Both the position numbers and the translations under genes were made by a program. The notes below the pieces were generated by a model, which made no database searches, was not told where the DNA came from, and worked only from the letters and a program-made list of their open reading frames with translations. Shown here piece by piece: positions 52,578 through 64,000 of a stretch of 64,000 bases of DNA. How positions within the stretch are numbered: position 1 is the first letter of the stretch; every line of letters starts with the position of its first letter. The stretch is from Chiloscyllium plagiosum (lineage: Eukaryota). The stretch is taken from assembly GCF_004010195.1 (NCBI RefSeq), contig NC_057718.1, positions 94,717,350 through 94,781,349 on the forward strand, in the 5' to 3' direction.

Positions 52578-52883
52578 AGGGGTGGCTCAGTGGTTAGCAC
52601 TGCTGCCTCACAGGGACCTAGGTTTGATTCCCACCTCAGATCTCTGGCTGTGTGGAGTTTGCACATTCTCCCCATGTCTGTGTGGGTTTTCTCTGGGTAC
52701 TCTGGTTTCGTCCCACAATCCAAAGATGTGCAGGTGAATTGGCCATGCTAAAATTGCCCATAGTGTCAGGGGTAAATGTGGGGTAGGGGAATGGGTCTGG
52801 GTGGGTTGCTCTTCAGAAGGTTGGTGTGGATTTGATGGGCCGAAGAGCCTGTTTCCATATTGTAGGTAATCTAATCTAATCTA
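52578..52883 (+). mobile_element. HE1 V-SINE inserted in a SINE-C copy
   Basis: Head, V-domain and aatct-repeat tail. Confidence 0.9.
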
Positions 52884-53261
52884 AATAACCTAAGGGGAGA
52901 GTTTGAAAATGAGGATCCTTGGTTGTGTCATATTGATGACAACTCAAGGATTAGAAGTCATGATTGCATCCATCCACAACTCCCAGAACTACCTTCAATA
53001 CTATCCAAGGGGAGTATGTTTCTATGTCAAAGTGGGTGGAGCTTCAAATTAATCCTTCTATATCAGTCTCTTCATACAGCACCTGTAGATTTACTCAGAA
53101 AACATCCAGCATAGTTCAGCTTTACCCTCCCTCTCCTTCACCACAGTTTGGAATTTTACACAAAGTTATCAGAGAGAAGCCCACCTTAGTCCAGTCTCTA
53201 GGTTTTTCTCCAGTGTTTACAAGAGATACTCACACTGAGCATGTGCATAAGGAACTACATC

Positions 53262-55410
53262 GTAGAACATAGAACATTACATCGCAGTACAGGCCTTTGA
53301 TGCTGTGAAACCAATCTGAAGCCTATCTAACGTACACAATTCCATTTTCTTCAATATGACTATCCATTGACCATTTAAATGCCCTTAAAGTTGGTGAGTC
53401 TACTACTGTTGCAGGGAGTGTGTTCCATGTCCCTACTACTCTCTGAGTAAAGAAACTACTTCTGACATCTGTCCTATATCAATCACCCCTCAATTTAAAG
53501 CTATGCCCCCTAATGCTAGTCATCACCATCTGAGGAAATGGGCTTTCACTGTGCACCTTACCTAACCCTCTGATTACCTTATATGTCTCAATTAAGTCAT
53601 CTCTCAACCTCTTCTCTCCAATGAAAACAGCCTCAAGTCCCTCAGCCTTTACTCATTAGGCCTTCCCTCCATACCTGGCAACATCCTAATAAATCTCCTC
53701 TGAATCCTTTCCAAAGCTTCCACATACTTCCTATAATGCGGTGACCAGAACTGTACACAATACTCCAAGTATGGCCACAACAGAGTTTTGTACAGCTCCA
53801 GCATGACCTCGTGGCTCCGAAACTCAATCCCTCTACAAATAAAAGCTAACACACTGTATGCCTTCTTAACAATTGTGGGCGGCACAGTGGCACAGTGGTT
53901 AGCACTGCTGCCTCACAGCGCCAGAGACCTGGGTTCAATACCCGCCTCAGGCGACTGACTGTGTGGGACTGTGTGGAGTTTGCACGTTCTCCCCGTGTCT
54001 GTGTGGGTTTCCTCCAGGTGCTCCGGTTTCCTCCCACAGTCCAAAGATGTGCAGGTCAGGTGAATTGGCCATGCTAAATTGCCCGTAGTGTTAGGTAAGG
54101 GGTAAATGTAGGGGTATGGATGGGTTGGACTTGTTGGGCCGAAGGGCCTGTTTCCACACTGTAAGTAATCTAATCTAATCTAAAACCCTATCAACCTGGA
54201 TGGCAACTTTCAGGGATCTATGTACCTGGACACCGAGATCTCTCTGCTCATCTGCACTCATCAGTACTCTGCACTCCTGTTGCTCCTTCCAAAGTGAATC
54301 ACCTCACACTTTTCTGCATCAAACTCCATTGCCACCTCTCAGCCCAGTTCTGCAGCTTATGTATGTCCCTCTGTAACCTACAACATCTTTGGCACGATCC
54401 ACAAATGTACCGACTTTAGTGTCTTCTGCAAATTTACTAACCCAGCCTTCTATGCCCTCATCCAGGTCGTTTATAAAAATGACAAACAGCAGTAGACCCG
54501 AAACATATCCTTGCAATTCACCACTAGGTAACTGAACTCCAGGATGCACATTTCCCATCAACCACCACCCTCTGTTTTCTTTCAGCTAGCCAATTTCTGA
54601 TCCAAACCGCTAAATCACCCTCAATCCCATGCCTCCATATTTTTGTGCAATAGCCTACTGTGGGGAACCTTATCAAACACCTTACTGAAACCCATATACA
54701 CCACATCAACTGTTTGACCCTCATCCACCTGTTTGGTCACCTCTCAAATAACTCAATAAGGTTTGTGAGGTACGACCTAGCCTTCACAAAACTGTGCTGA
54801 CTGTCCCTAAACAACATTTTCCTTTCCCGATGATTATAAATCCTATCTCTTATAACCTTTCCCAACACTTTACTCACAACCAAAGTAAGACTCACTGGTC
54901 TATAATTTCCAGGGTTGTCTCTACTCCCCTTCTTGAACAAGGGAACAACATTTGCTATCCTTCAGTCTTCTGGCATTATTCCTGTAGACAATGACGACAT
55001 AAAGATCAAAGCCAAAGGCTTGGCAATCCCCTCCCTGGCTTCCCAGAGAATCCTAGGATAAATCCCATCCAACCCAGGGGATTTATCTATTTTCACACTT
55101 TCCAGAATTGCTAACCCCTCATCCTTGTGAACCTCAATCCTGTCTAGTCGAGTAGCCTGTATCGCAGTATTGTCCTTGACAACATTGTCTTGTTTGAGTG
55201 TGAATACTGATGAAAAATATTCATTTAGCACTTCCCCTATCTCCTCAGATTCCACGCACAACTTCCCACTACTGTCCTCAATTGGCCCTAATCTTACTCT
55301 AGTCATTCTTTCATTTCTGATATACCTGTAGGAAGCCTTAGAGTTTTCCTTGATCCTATCCGCCAACGACTTCTCATGTCCCCTCCTGGTTCTTCTTAAT
55401 TTTTGTTTTA
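53262..55410 (-). mobile_element. CR1 LINE ORF2 (RT domain) and 3' end, 5'-truncated and frameshifted
   Basis: DKSPGLDGIYPRIL..FKKGSRDNPGNYRPVSLT..SQHSF..LTNLIE..LLFVIFINDLDEG..SKFAEDTKV..LEYCVQFWSP. Confidence 0.93.
53877..54182 (+). mobile_element. HE1 V-SINE, young, inserted in CR1
   Basis: Closely matches 2626-2943; small internal duplication gactgtgtgg. Confidence 0.92.
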
Positions 55411-55589
55411 GGTCTTTATGTCAGAACGAGATGAAACTGGGATTGATATGTAAGTTCTCAGACAGGTGCACTGTGTTTAATAAAACCAATTACCTGTACC
55501 GTTCACTCACCAGAGTTTAGGCTTCACATTACTACAGTCTGTCCTAATCACCTTCCAGATCCTCTTTGGTACTCTCCTTACATGCTCCA

Positions 55590-56230
55590 TTTGCCTTTAT
55601 ATCCAAATGCTGCCCAACTCTCCACCCAAACACTCCTCACTACCCTCCTTATAGACCCCGCTACCCCACCCTCAACCCAAATGCTCCTCCCNNNNNNNNN
55701 NNNNNNNNNNNNNNNNNNNNNNNNNNNNNNNNNNNNNNNNNNNNNNNNNNNNNNNNNNNNNNNNNNNNNNNNNNNNNNNNNNNNNNNNNNNNNNNNNNNN
55801 NNNNNNNNNNNNNNNNNNNNNNNNNNNNNNNNNNNNNNNNNNNNNNNNNNNNNNNNNNNNNNNNNNNNNNNNNNNNNNNNNNNNNNNNNNNNNNNNNNNN
55901 NNNNNNNNNNNNNNNNNNNNNNNNACCCCTCCCCACGCTCCTTGCAGACTCCCTCCCTCACCCCTGCATCTAAATACCCTTTAATCCCATCCAAACACAC
56001 TCCTACCCTCCTTACAGCACACTGCCCACGCACTCTCCATTCACATTGCACCCTGACTCTCTCTAAAGACTCCCTCTCCATCCAGACTTGCCCTTGAACT
56101 CTCTTTCCAGACCCCCACCCCACTCTCTATTCAGAAGCTACCACTCGCATTCTCTTTCCCAACTCTCCATCTCGACACGTTCTTCTTAACCTTCTTAACA
56201 GACCCTATTCCCCAATCTCCATCCAAACAT
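55590..56230. repeat. C-rich low-complexity region containing an assembly gap (55692-55924)
   Basis: C-rich tracts flanking 233 N. Confidence 0.8.
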
Positions 56231-56587
56231 ACAACACTCACTGCCATTTGGTTCTGTTTATTACTTTCAGGGTTCACTCTCTTCTCTTGCTCTGTGACAG
56301 TATTGTCATCGCTAGAGTTCCACTTGGCATACCCTGTTTCCATTGTACCGCACATCGTTTTAAATAAACAGCAAGGAAAGGACACACTGAGCCATCACCC
56401 TGCACTCACACAGTTTGTTTTCGCCTCACCAATTTCCAAATAACAACTAAAGTGGAAAGCTCACATGAGAACATGCATTTTGAGATCACCTGGCCAATAA
56501 AAGTGAGCATTCCTCATCTTTTACTTACTAATCAAAAATACAACTATCCACATCTGGCTTCCCAAAAAAGCACATGACATGATTTGG

Positions 56588-56728
56588 AATTGTTGCTTGT
56601 GGGAACTTACTGCGTGCAAATTGGCTGCATTTCTTACATTATGACAGTGACCTCGAATGTAATTCATTGGCTGTAAAGTTCCCATGGTATGCAATGGTCA
56701 TTATAGAAATGTCAGGCTTTCTTTCTTT
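56588..56728 (+). mobile_element. Deu-SINE/L2-type 3' tail
   Basis: attgttgcttgtggga..caaattggctgc..attcattggctgtaaag..atagaaatg..ctttcttt. Confidence 0.5.
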
Positions 56729-57350
56729 ATACTCTAATGAATCTATTATAGAGTGTGCTGTCGTTCTTAACATGATTTTCATTGATTTTAATTCAGTTTA
56801 CTCCCAGGCGGAAGACTAGACATTTATTGAGCAAACTTATCATCAGTAATAAACCAATTTTTAGCTGTATGAAATAAATTGTACCAGATTACTACTCTTA
56901 AATGCATCAAGCAATACATTTCAGTGCGAACATCAAAAGGAATTTTTTGTTCTATTACATTGTTGCACGGTGTCAGTTTGTTACATATTTTATATTTGTG
57001 TCTACTCAAATAGATTTTTTCAAAATTGCAATCTAACCAACACAATGTTGGTTGAATTTTGGATTCATTTTCCCATCTCCACTCAAATCCTGAATCTCTA
57101 CTCCATGCTCTGTTTTAATTGAAGCTTCCTAAGGGAATACTCGCAGAGTCGGATTTTATACCGGTTTAATTTTCCATTGAATTTAAATTCAAAATTATCC
57201 CCCTTGCTTTTGTCGCTAGCTTGATCCATATCCATACAGTCGAGTGCCTGGTGTGATAGATAACCTCTGCAGTACTCTGGCAGGATTCAGGAGGGCTAAA
57301 GCTTCATAACAGTACAGTCTTCATTTGGACAGATGAAAAGAAACAAAAGC

Positions 57351-57565
57351 GTGATGCTGGAAAAGCACACCAGGTCAGGCAGCTTCCGAGGAGCAGGAGA
57401 ATCAACATTTCGGGCATAAGACCATCATCTGGAACCTTCCTGACGAAGGGCTTAAGCCCGAAAAGTCGATTGTCCTGCTCCTCAGAAGCTGCCTGACCTG
57501 CTGTGCTTTTCCAGCACCACACTCTCGACTCTGATCTCCAGCATCTGCAATCCTCACTTCCTCCT
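57351..57565. mobile_element. Palindromic PLE-derived element family 1
   Basis: Inverted arms; plus core CTGACGA-A-GGGCTTAAGCCC-GAAAAGTC at 57440-57467; agatgaaaa repeated at 57331 and 57566. Confidence 0.85.
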
Positions 57566-58119
57566 AGATGAAAAACAAACTTTTTTCCTCTGTTGTAGTC
57601 AATTTGTACATGTTACTGAGCAGCAAATGATACGACTCTCTAATAATCCAACTTTTGGAGGAGAAAAAACATTCACTGACAGATTTTTAAATGGACCTCT
57701 TTAATGTTAATGTTGATCTCTTTCTGCACCTTCTCGGCAGCTGTGACACTGTATCCTACACTCTGTTCTGTCACCCTGATGCATTTATATAGTATGATCT
57801 GCCTGTAAAGCATGTAAGCACTTTCCCCTGTAACCTGTGAGAGTAATAAAACAAATCAAATCATCTGCTCTGTCCAGTTGAGTAGTGAACAGTCCATGGA
57901 CAGAAATAGCAGAAGAGCAAAGCGTTCAGACAAAAGCTGTAATTATTGTTGTTTCTGCATCTCTTGCCTCCCCATGAGCTTGTCTTCATCCTCTAAAGCA
58001 TTCAACAACACAGGAACACTTCACTCTTAAAATGGTACATTTAACGGCAGAACAATATTGGAGGAGAGTTTTTAGCTGCTAAAATGTACAGAGTAAAATT
58101 CAATTAAAAAAAGGCAATA

Positions 58120-58325
58120 AAAATGCAGAAATATCAAAATGCCCTGAATGTCTGCAACTGCAGAGAAGAAAAACAGGGCTAACAATTCGATTACTAAGCT
58201 GTTCTGAAGAAGAGTTATATCAGACTCAAAACATTAACTGTTTCTCTCTCAGATGCTGCAAGACCTGCTGAGTTTCTCCAGCCTTCTCTTTGTTTCAAAT
58301 TTCCAGCATCTGCACGATTTTGCTG
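58120..58325. mobile_element. Degraded family-2 PLE palindrome
   Basis: Right arm ttctgaagaagag..aaaacattaac..cctgctgagtttctccagc; left arm heavily decayed. Confidence 0.6.
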
Positions 58326-59124
58326 ATAAGCTGTCACGTCTCTTAAGGAGTCTAGATTAGAGTGGTGCTGGAAAAGCACAGCAAGTCAGGCCTACGTCTC
58401 TTAAGGAGCCCATACAAATCAAGATAATTATAGGATCAAGGTGTGCAGTGTATGGTGGAGCTCAAGTAAAGTTGCAAAGGTTAGGCATTGGGGCTAACAT
58501 TACTTTCCGTGAATGTAATGTAACGTACTGCTAATTAGTAATCCAGAAACCTAGGTTAAGATTCTGAGGACACAGGTTCAAATCCAACCGTGTCACTGGG
58601 TGGAATTTAGATTCAATTAATTACTTCAATTCTTTTGGAAAGCTAACCCAATGCTGATCGCACAAACCCATTCGGTTTATTAATGATCCTATGGGAAGAA
58701 ATCTGCATTAGCTAGATTAGAGGTGGGAACACAAGTTCTTGATCACACCACTGCCCAGGGCTGGCTGAGGAAGAACCAGCTCAGGTTGCTGGCACTACAA
58801 GGACTGCCTTAGGCCAAGCACCTGCTGAGTCCCAGGGCAGGAGACAACTTCAGGGTATCTGAGATTAAAATCATCATTGAAGTGTACAAGCAGCAGGTAG
58901 GTTGTCCAAGGCACTGGGAAAAATGACACAAAGGTTGTAGGACTGAAAGTACACCTTTGGCACCTTGCTGACTTAGGCATGCAGGCATCTAGCTGCCCCA
59001 ATGGACAAGTTGGCAGCTGCTATGGAGATCATCCAGATCCAGCACTCTCAGCATCTACACGATTTATGCACCAATCTGCACTCCACTGCACTAGCCGTTG
59101 AGGTTCAGCACCAACAGTAAGGTG

Positions 59125-59260
59125 TTGCAAATCAGAATACAATGTTAGACAACATAAATGAGCCATGTATGTCGGGTCTGTAAAATCACACCCCTGTTTG
59201 AGATCATGTTCACAGGTATGAGCATTCATAAGTCAGACTTTCATAGTCTGGGGATTCCTG
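59125..59260 (+). mobile_element. Tigger/pogo-like MITE right end
   Basis: Ends ggggattcctg followed by TA; shares cacccc..gatca..gtatgagcattc.taagtc with 11330-11380. Confidence 0.5.
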
Positions 59261-60186
59261 TACCAGCCTACTATGGAATTATATTGTCTCCATATATCGA
59301 TATATATAAAACTATATATCCTTCACAAAATCCTGGACCTCTCTTCCTAACAGCAATATAGTGCACCTGTACCAAATGGCCTGCAGCAGTTCAATAAGGC
59401 AGCTCACTTTCACCTTCACCAGGAAAATTAGGAATGGGTGAAATGTCCACTTCCCAAAAAAAGCATTAAAAAACGATTTTTTTAACTTCTGACGACTATT
59501 CCCAAGATCTCCTGGTCATACTTCCATTTTCAATTTTTTATTTGCCCATCCAAAATGTTTCTGCCCATATCCCAACTCACATAATATCTCATCTCTTCAG
59601 TGACGTACACTGGTTCCCAGCTGACCAGTGCCTCAAGTAGTCCTTTAGCTTATTTTGAAAGCAGTGACAAAGCAAAGCCACAACAAGTGGGTTATTTTCT
59701 GCAGAAGCAAACAGACATGTAGCAAGATCAATCATCACTCCTCCAGTCTTCTCCCTTCCCCATTGAAGACGTTGTTCCCTCCTGCCATGTATTTTTTACA
59801 CAATGATGCTGTCAGCCTTTCTCAGGGGACCACTCTGTAGGTGTCGAAAGAAATGAGCTGCTGTTTACTGTTTCTGTTTCAAACAATAAGTAATAGAGAA
59901 GGTAAATGGAGCCTCCATGAAGAGCAACTTTATTAGCTTTGTAGAGCACTCTATCACCTTGTGTTCCAAGTGTGTGACCTGTTTAAGTTATGGATCCGAG
60001 AGGCTAACATTAGGAACAACAGTGCTGACCATTTACAGATAAAAACACTGATTATAAATTGGGCTTCTTTCTGGAATGAGAAATGAAACATTTTCTTGAA
60101 TTAAACATAATGTTGTCCATGAAGTGTAATTACTAAGCAATAAAATATACATTATTTTGCCTTGATAAACGTCCAAAATTATTTTC

Positions 60187-60307
60187 AGAAGTCACATGAC
60201 ACCAAATTTATTTGAAATTACAAGCTTTCAGAGCGCTGCTCCTTCTTATAACCTGGTGGCATGTGACTTTGCCCACCCCAGTCCAACACTGGCACCTCCA
60301 CATCATT
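60187..60307. mobile_element. Collapsed family-3 PLE palindrome
   Basis: Perfect 12-bp TSD aaaattattttc at 60175-60186 and 60308-60319; arms agtcacatg and catgtgact. Confidence 0.8.
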
Positions 60308-60985
60308 AAAATTATTTTCTTATTGATGTACTTTCGGTTAAATAAGAAATAATAATACAGATTTATCTTAAGCCAACCTAAACCAAATTAAACATTAAAT
60401 AAATTTAAGCGTAGCGGTTGTTGGATATCTGAAATAAAACCAGAAAGTGCTGGGGAAACTCAGCAGGTCTGGCAATATTCATGAAGACAAAGACAGAACC
60501 AACGTTTCAAATTGACTTGCTCAGAACCTTATTTTGTTGCACTTAGAATTATTCAAATATTGAGTTAGAAGGAGAAGGAAGCAGAAAATAAGTGAGCAAA
60601 CATTGTCTACTTGCAACACATCAAACTGAAGGATGTTGCCATTCACATGTAGATGAATCAGGAGAGCATGGGAGGGCTAAGAGCTAATCTGTACTCAACA
60701 ATTGCTAAAATCAAGCAGAAATTTGTATGTAAGCACTAATTTGTGGTTCAGCATAATTTTCTTCAATTTGTCTTGAGAAACCATTCTTTAAAAGTTACCC
60801 ACTCTCCATTGAATGGCTGGGTTGAATATCCTGTGATTCTCATTACAAACTTGCAAACTCAAGGCAGAATTATGCCATTTAGCCTCCCAGCCTTGTCCGT
60901 CATTCAATAAGATTAAGGTTGAGCTGTTTGTTTTCTAAATTCTACAGTCCCATTTACTCCTCATAACCTGACAAGACTCTATCTA

Positions 60986-61313
60986 TCTTCCAGCTCAGCA
61001 CTGTCTTCGTGACCTGTCCTACCTGACAATCTCCCTTCCCACCTATCCGCTCCACTCTCCCTTCTGACCTATCACCTCCATCCCCACCCCCATTCACCTA
61101 TTGTACTCTTTGCCNNNNNNNNNNNNCAAAAGCCCTATGTACTCTTTGCTACCTTCTCCCAGCTCCCCACCACCCCCCCAATTTATCTCTCCGCCCTTGA
61201 GACTCCCTGCCTCTATTCCTGATGAAGGGCTTTTGCCCGAAACATCGATTTTCCTGCTCCTCAGATGCTGCCTGACCTGCTGGGCTTTTCCAGCACCACT
61301 CTGATCTAAACTA
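60986..61313 (+). mobile_element. PLE family-1 3' UTR with hammerhead core
   Basis: CTGATGA-A-GGGCTTTTGCCC-GAAACATC at 61219-61246; TSD aagactcta(t/c)cta at 60973-60985 and 61314-61326; 12-N gap at 61115-61126. Confidence 0.82.
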
Positions 61314-61507
61314 AAGACTCTACCTACTCCTGCCTTAAAAATATTTAACCAAACCGTGCCCATCACAATCTGAGGCAGAGAGTTCCACAGTCACATGGCT
61401 CTCTGAGAGGAAAGAATGACCCCCATCTCCATCCAGTAATGGTGATCCCTAAATTTTAAAAGTATTCTCTGCTTCAGGATTCAGAACAAGCGTCCTTTGT
61501 GCATCAA

Positions 61508-61626
61508 GGTGGTAAAAACAATGACTGCAGATGCTGGAAACCAGATTCTGGATTAGTGGTGCTGGAAGAGCACAGCAATTCAGGCAGCATCCGAGGACAG
61601 GCAAAATCGATGTTTCGGGCAAAAGC
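61508..61626 (-). mobile_element. PLE family-1 subtype, single arm
   Basis: Perfect 14-bp TSD cctttgtgcatcaa at 61494-61507 and 61627-61640. Confidence 0.85.
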
Positions 61627-62837
61627 CCTTTGTGCATCAACCTTATTAAGGCCAGTTTGGATCTTATAAACTTAAATTAAATCACCTCTTAATCATTTAA
61701 CTCCAGAGGAAACAACCCCAGTCTGTTGACTCTTTTTCATAAGACAACTTGGTCATTCTGGATAATAAACCTACTGAATTGTCCCCAGCGTGTTGACAGC
61801 TTTCCTTAAATATGAAAATTGACACTGCACATCATATTCAACATGTGGTCTCACCAATGCCATGTTAAACTGAAGCATGGCATCTTTACTTTTATTTTCA
61901 ATTCCTGTCACAATCAAGGAAAGCACTCCATTAGCCTTCTTAATCACGTGCGGTATTTGCAATGGGGGTGCAACATTTAAATTAGACATGTTTTCTAATT
62001 CTTTCTGCCAAAATGGATAAATTTACTTCTTCCTCTATCTGCAAAATTTATGCCCACTTACTCAACTGATCTGTGTTCTTGTTACATGATTGTCACAACA
62101 TACTTTCTTACTTAGCTTTGTATCATTTAGCAACTTAGTCACAAGGCCTTTGTTCCCTTCAGCTAATTCATTGAGGTATGATTTTAAACATCGAGGTCCC
62201 AGTACAGATCCAATTTATCATATCCAGAGTTCATCACATTTCAGTCAGGTTAGTTAGTGGGAGATAAACTTCCACCAGGAAGACATGCAGCAGGTCCGTC
62301 AAATACTTCAATTGTTACATCCATAGTGAGAAAAATGCACTGCAAAATTAACCTTAGAAACAGGAGAAGACAGAAGTAAAAGCATGATGTGACAGGTTAT
62401 GGATGAAAATGTGATTTTTGAAGAAGTTGTAAATTTTGCAGAGAAATTATTTATATCTTTTAATGCTCACTTGATGTGCTCAATTCTTTATGATTAAAAA
62501 TGTCATACTTTGATATTATTAACTGACCTTGCACATTTAGTATAATCACATGTCCCAAATGCTGCTTTTCAGTGAATAATAATTCTCACAGTTTCTAACA
62601 AGGGCTTTCTTCCCTCTGGAATAAGTTCTGTCTAATGACTGATCCTAGCTTTGTTGGAGAAAAATTGGAGTCCGTTCCTCACATTTCTGGAAGGTTTTTT
62701 TCAACTAATCTTCTTCAAAAATAGCCTAACAACACAAAGAGTCTTGTTCACACATCACTTCATTGCATTATTATCACCATCCTACTTGATTACACTGTAC
62801 TTGCCAGCTCTTTTTTTTCCACAAAGTGTTTCTTTCC

Positions 62838-63712
62838 CAAAACTTTAAATAATTCTCCCAAGATGGTTAAATTTACGTCTACCCATGTAGAATTAATGGA
62901 ATTCAGCCGTAATAAGCTTAGTTGGAGGTAGCAAGTGTTTGAACCCAAAAAGTGATGACTAAATGAGTTAGATGTGTAAGTTAGGGCCAGGTATTATAGT
63001 TATGAGTCATAGAGACCCATCGGTCCAACTCATCCACACTGACCAGATATCCCAAACTGATTGAGTCCCATTTGCCAACACTTGGGCCATATCCCTCTAA
63101 ACCCTTCCTATTCATATACCCATCCAGATGCCTTTTAAATGTTGTAATTGTACCAGCCTCCATCACTTCCTCTGGCAGCTCATTCCATACACGCATCATC
63201 CTTTACATGAAAAGGTTTTCCCTTTGGCCCTTTTAAATCATTCCCCATTCACCTTAAACCTATGCCATCTAGTTCTGGGCTCCCCTCCCTAGGAAAAAGA
63301 CCTTGGCTGTTCAACCTATCCATGCCCCTCAAGATTGTATGATCCTCTATAAGGTCACCCTCAGCCTTTGATGTTCCAGGGAAAACAGCCCCAGCCTGTT
63401 CAGCCTCTCCCCAAAGCTCAAACCCTCCAACCCTGGCAACGTCCTCATCAATCTTTTCTGCACCCTTTTAAGTTTCACAACATTTCCTATAGCGGGGGAA
63501 TATCTGGTTGGTGTGGATGAGTTGGACCGGTGGGTCTCTATGACTCACAACTATAATACCTGGCCCTAACTTACAGATCTAACTCATTCAGTCATCACTT
63601 TTTGGGTTCAAACACTTGCTACCTCCAACTAAGCTTATTACGGCTGAATTCCATTAATTCTACATGGGTAGACGTAAATTTAACCATCTTGGGAGAATTA
63701 TTTAAAGTTTTG
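62838..63712. repeat. 213-bp inverted duplication of a CR1 3' junction
   Basis: 62838-63050 versus 63500-63712, about 6 mismatches. Confidence 0.92.
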
Positions 63713-63920
63713 TGAATTGAGCACGGCATTCCAAAACTGGCCTAATCAATGTCCTAATCACAGCCTCAACATGACCTCCCAATTCCTATACTTAATGCAC
63801 TGACCAATAAAGGAAAGCATATTAAACACCCTCTTCACTCTCCTATTAACCAGCAACTTCACTTTCAAGCGCCTACACTCCAAGGTCTCTTTGTCCAGCA
63901 ACACTCCCCAGAACCCTATG
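63003..63920 (-). mobile_element. CR1 LINE 3' fragment interrupted at 63500-63712
   Basis: RVWNELPEEVMEAGTITTFKRHLDGYMN; CR1 sequence resumes after 63712. Confidence 0.88.
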
Positions 63921-64000
63921 TTTCACTTTTCCTTGCTTTACAATTTCAGATAATGCAGTTTTCTGGGGAGTAGCACCAAAACCTGAACTCCAGGGTCACT

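Larger units (their letters stand above)
60860..62210 (-). mobile_element. Degraded CR1 3' region with two PLE inserts
   Basis: IKKANGVLSLI..GIENKSKDAMLQ..LVRPHVEY (ORF 61771-61989). Confidence 0.75.

Overview
Eukaryotic, gene-poor and repeat-dense DNA, almost certainly from an elasmobranch (shark). This is inferred from HE1-type V-SINEs and their partner CR1 LINEs; the species cannot be determined from sequence alone. I can support no host protein-coding exon. Nearly every ORF in the track is a transposon fragment or noise. Contents: many CR1 LINE pieces (a 5' end with zinc-finger/SGNH-esterase ORF1 at 1-930; an RT-bearing ORF2 at 53262-55410); L2/CR1-group and Rex1/Babar LINE pieces; three or more tRNA-derived SINE families; a probable Gypsy solo LTR; TA-flanked Tc1/mariner MITEs; a MULE remnant; three assembly gaps. 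The most striking signal is a dense set (about 20 copies, 4 sequence families) of short Penelope-like-element (PLE) derivatives. They insert as tail-out palindromes with target-site duplications (TSDs) of about 6-16 bp. One arm is consistently about 30-40 nt shorter. All carry a minimal hammerhead-ribozyme core, CTGANGA-N-stemII-GAAA(palindrome)TH, with a different but always pairing stem II in each family. Three local inverted duplications (arms 180-290 bp, spacers 0.45-1.2 kb) and an 82-bp duplication around a SINE head point to frequent template switching. Boundaries of degraded repeats are approximate (+/-20 bp).
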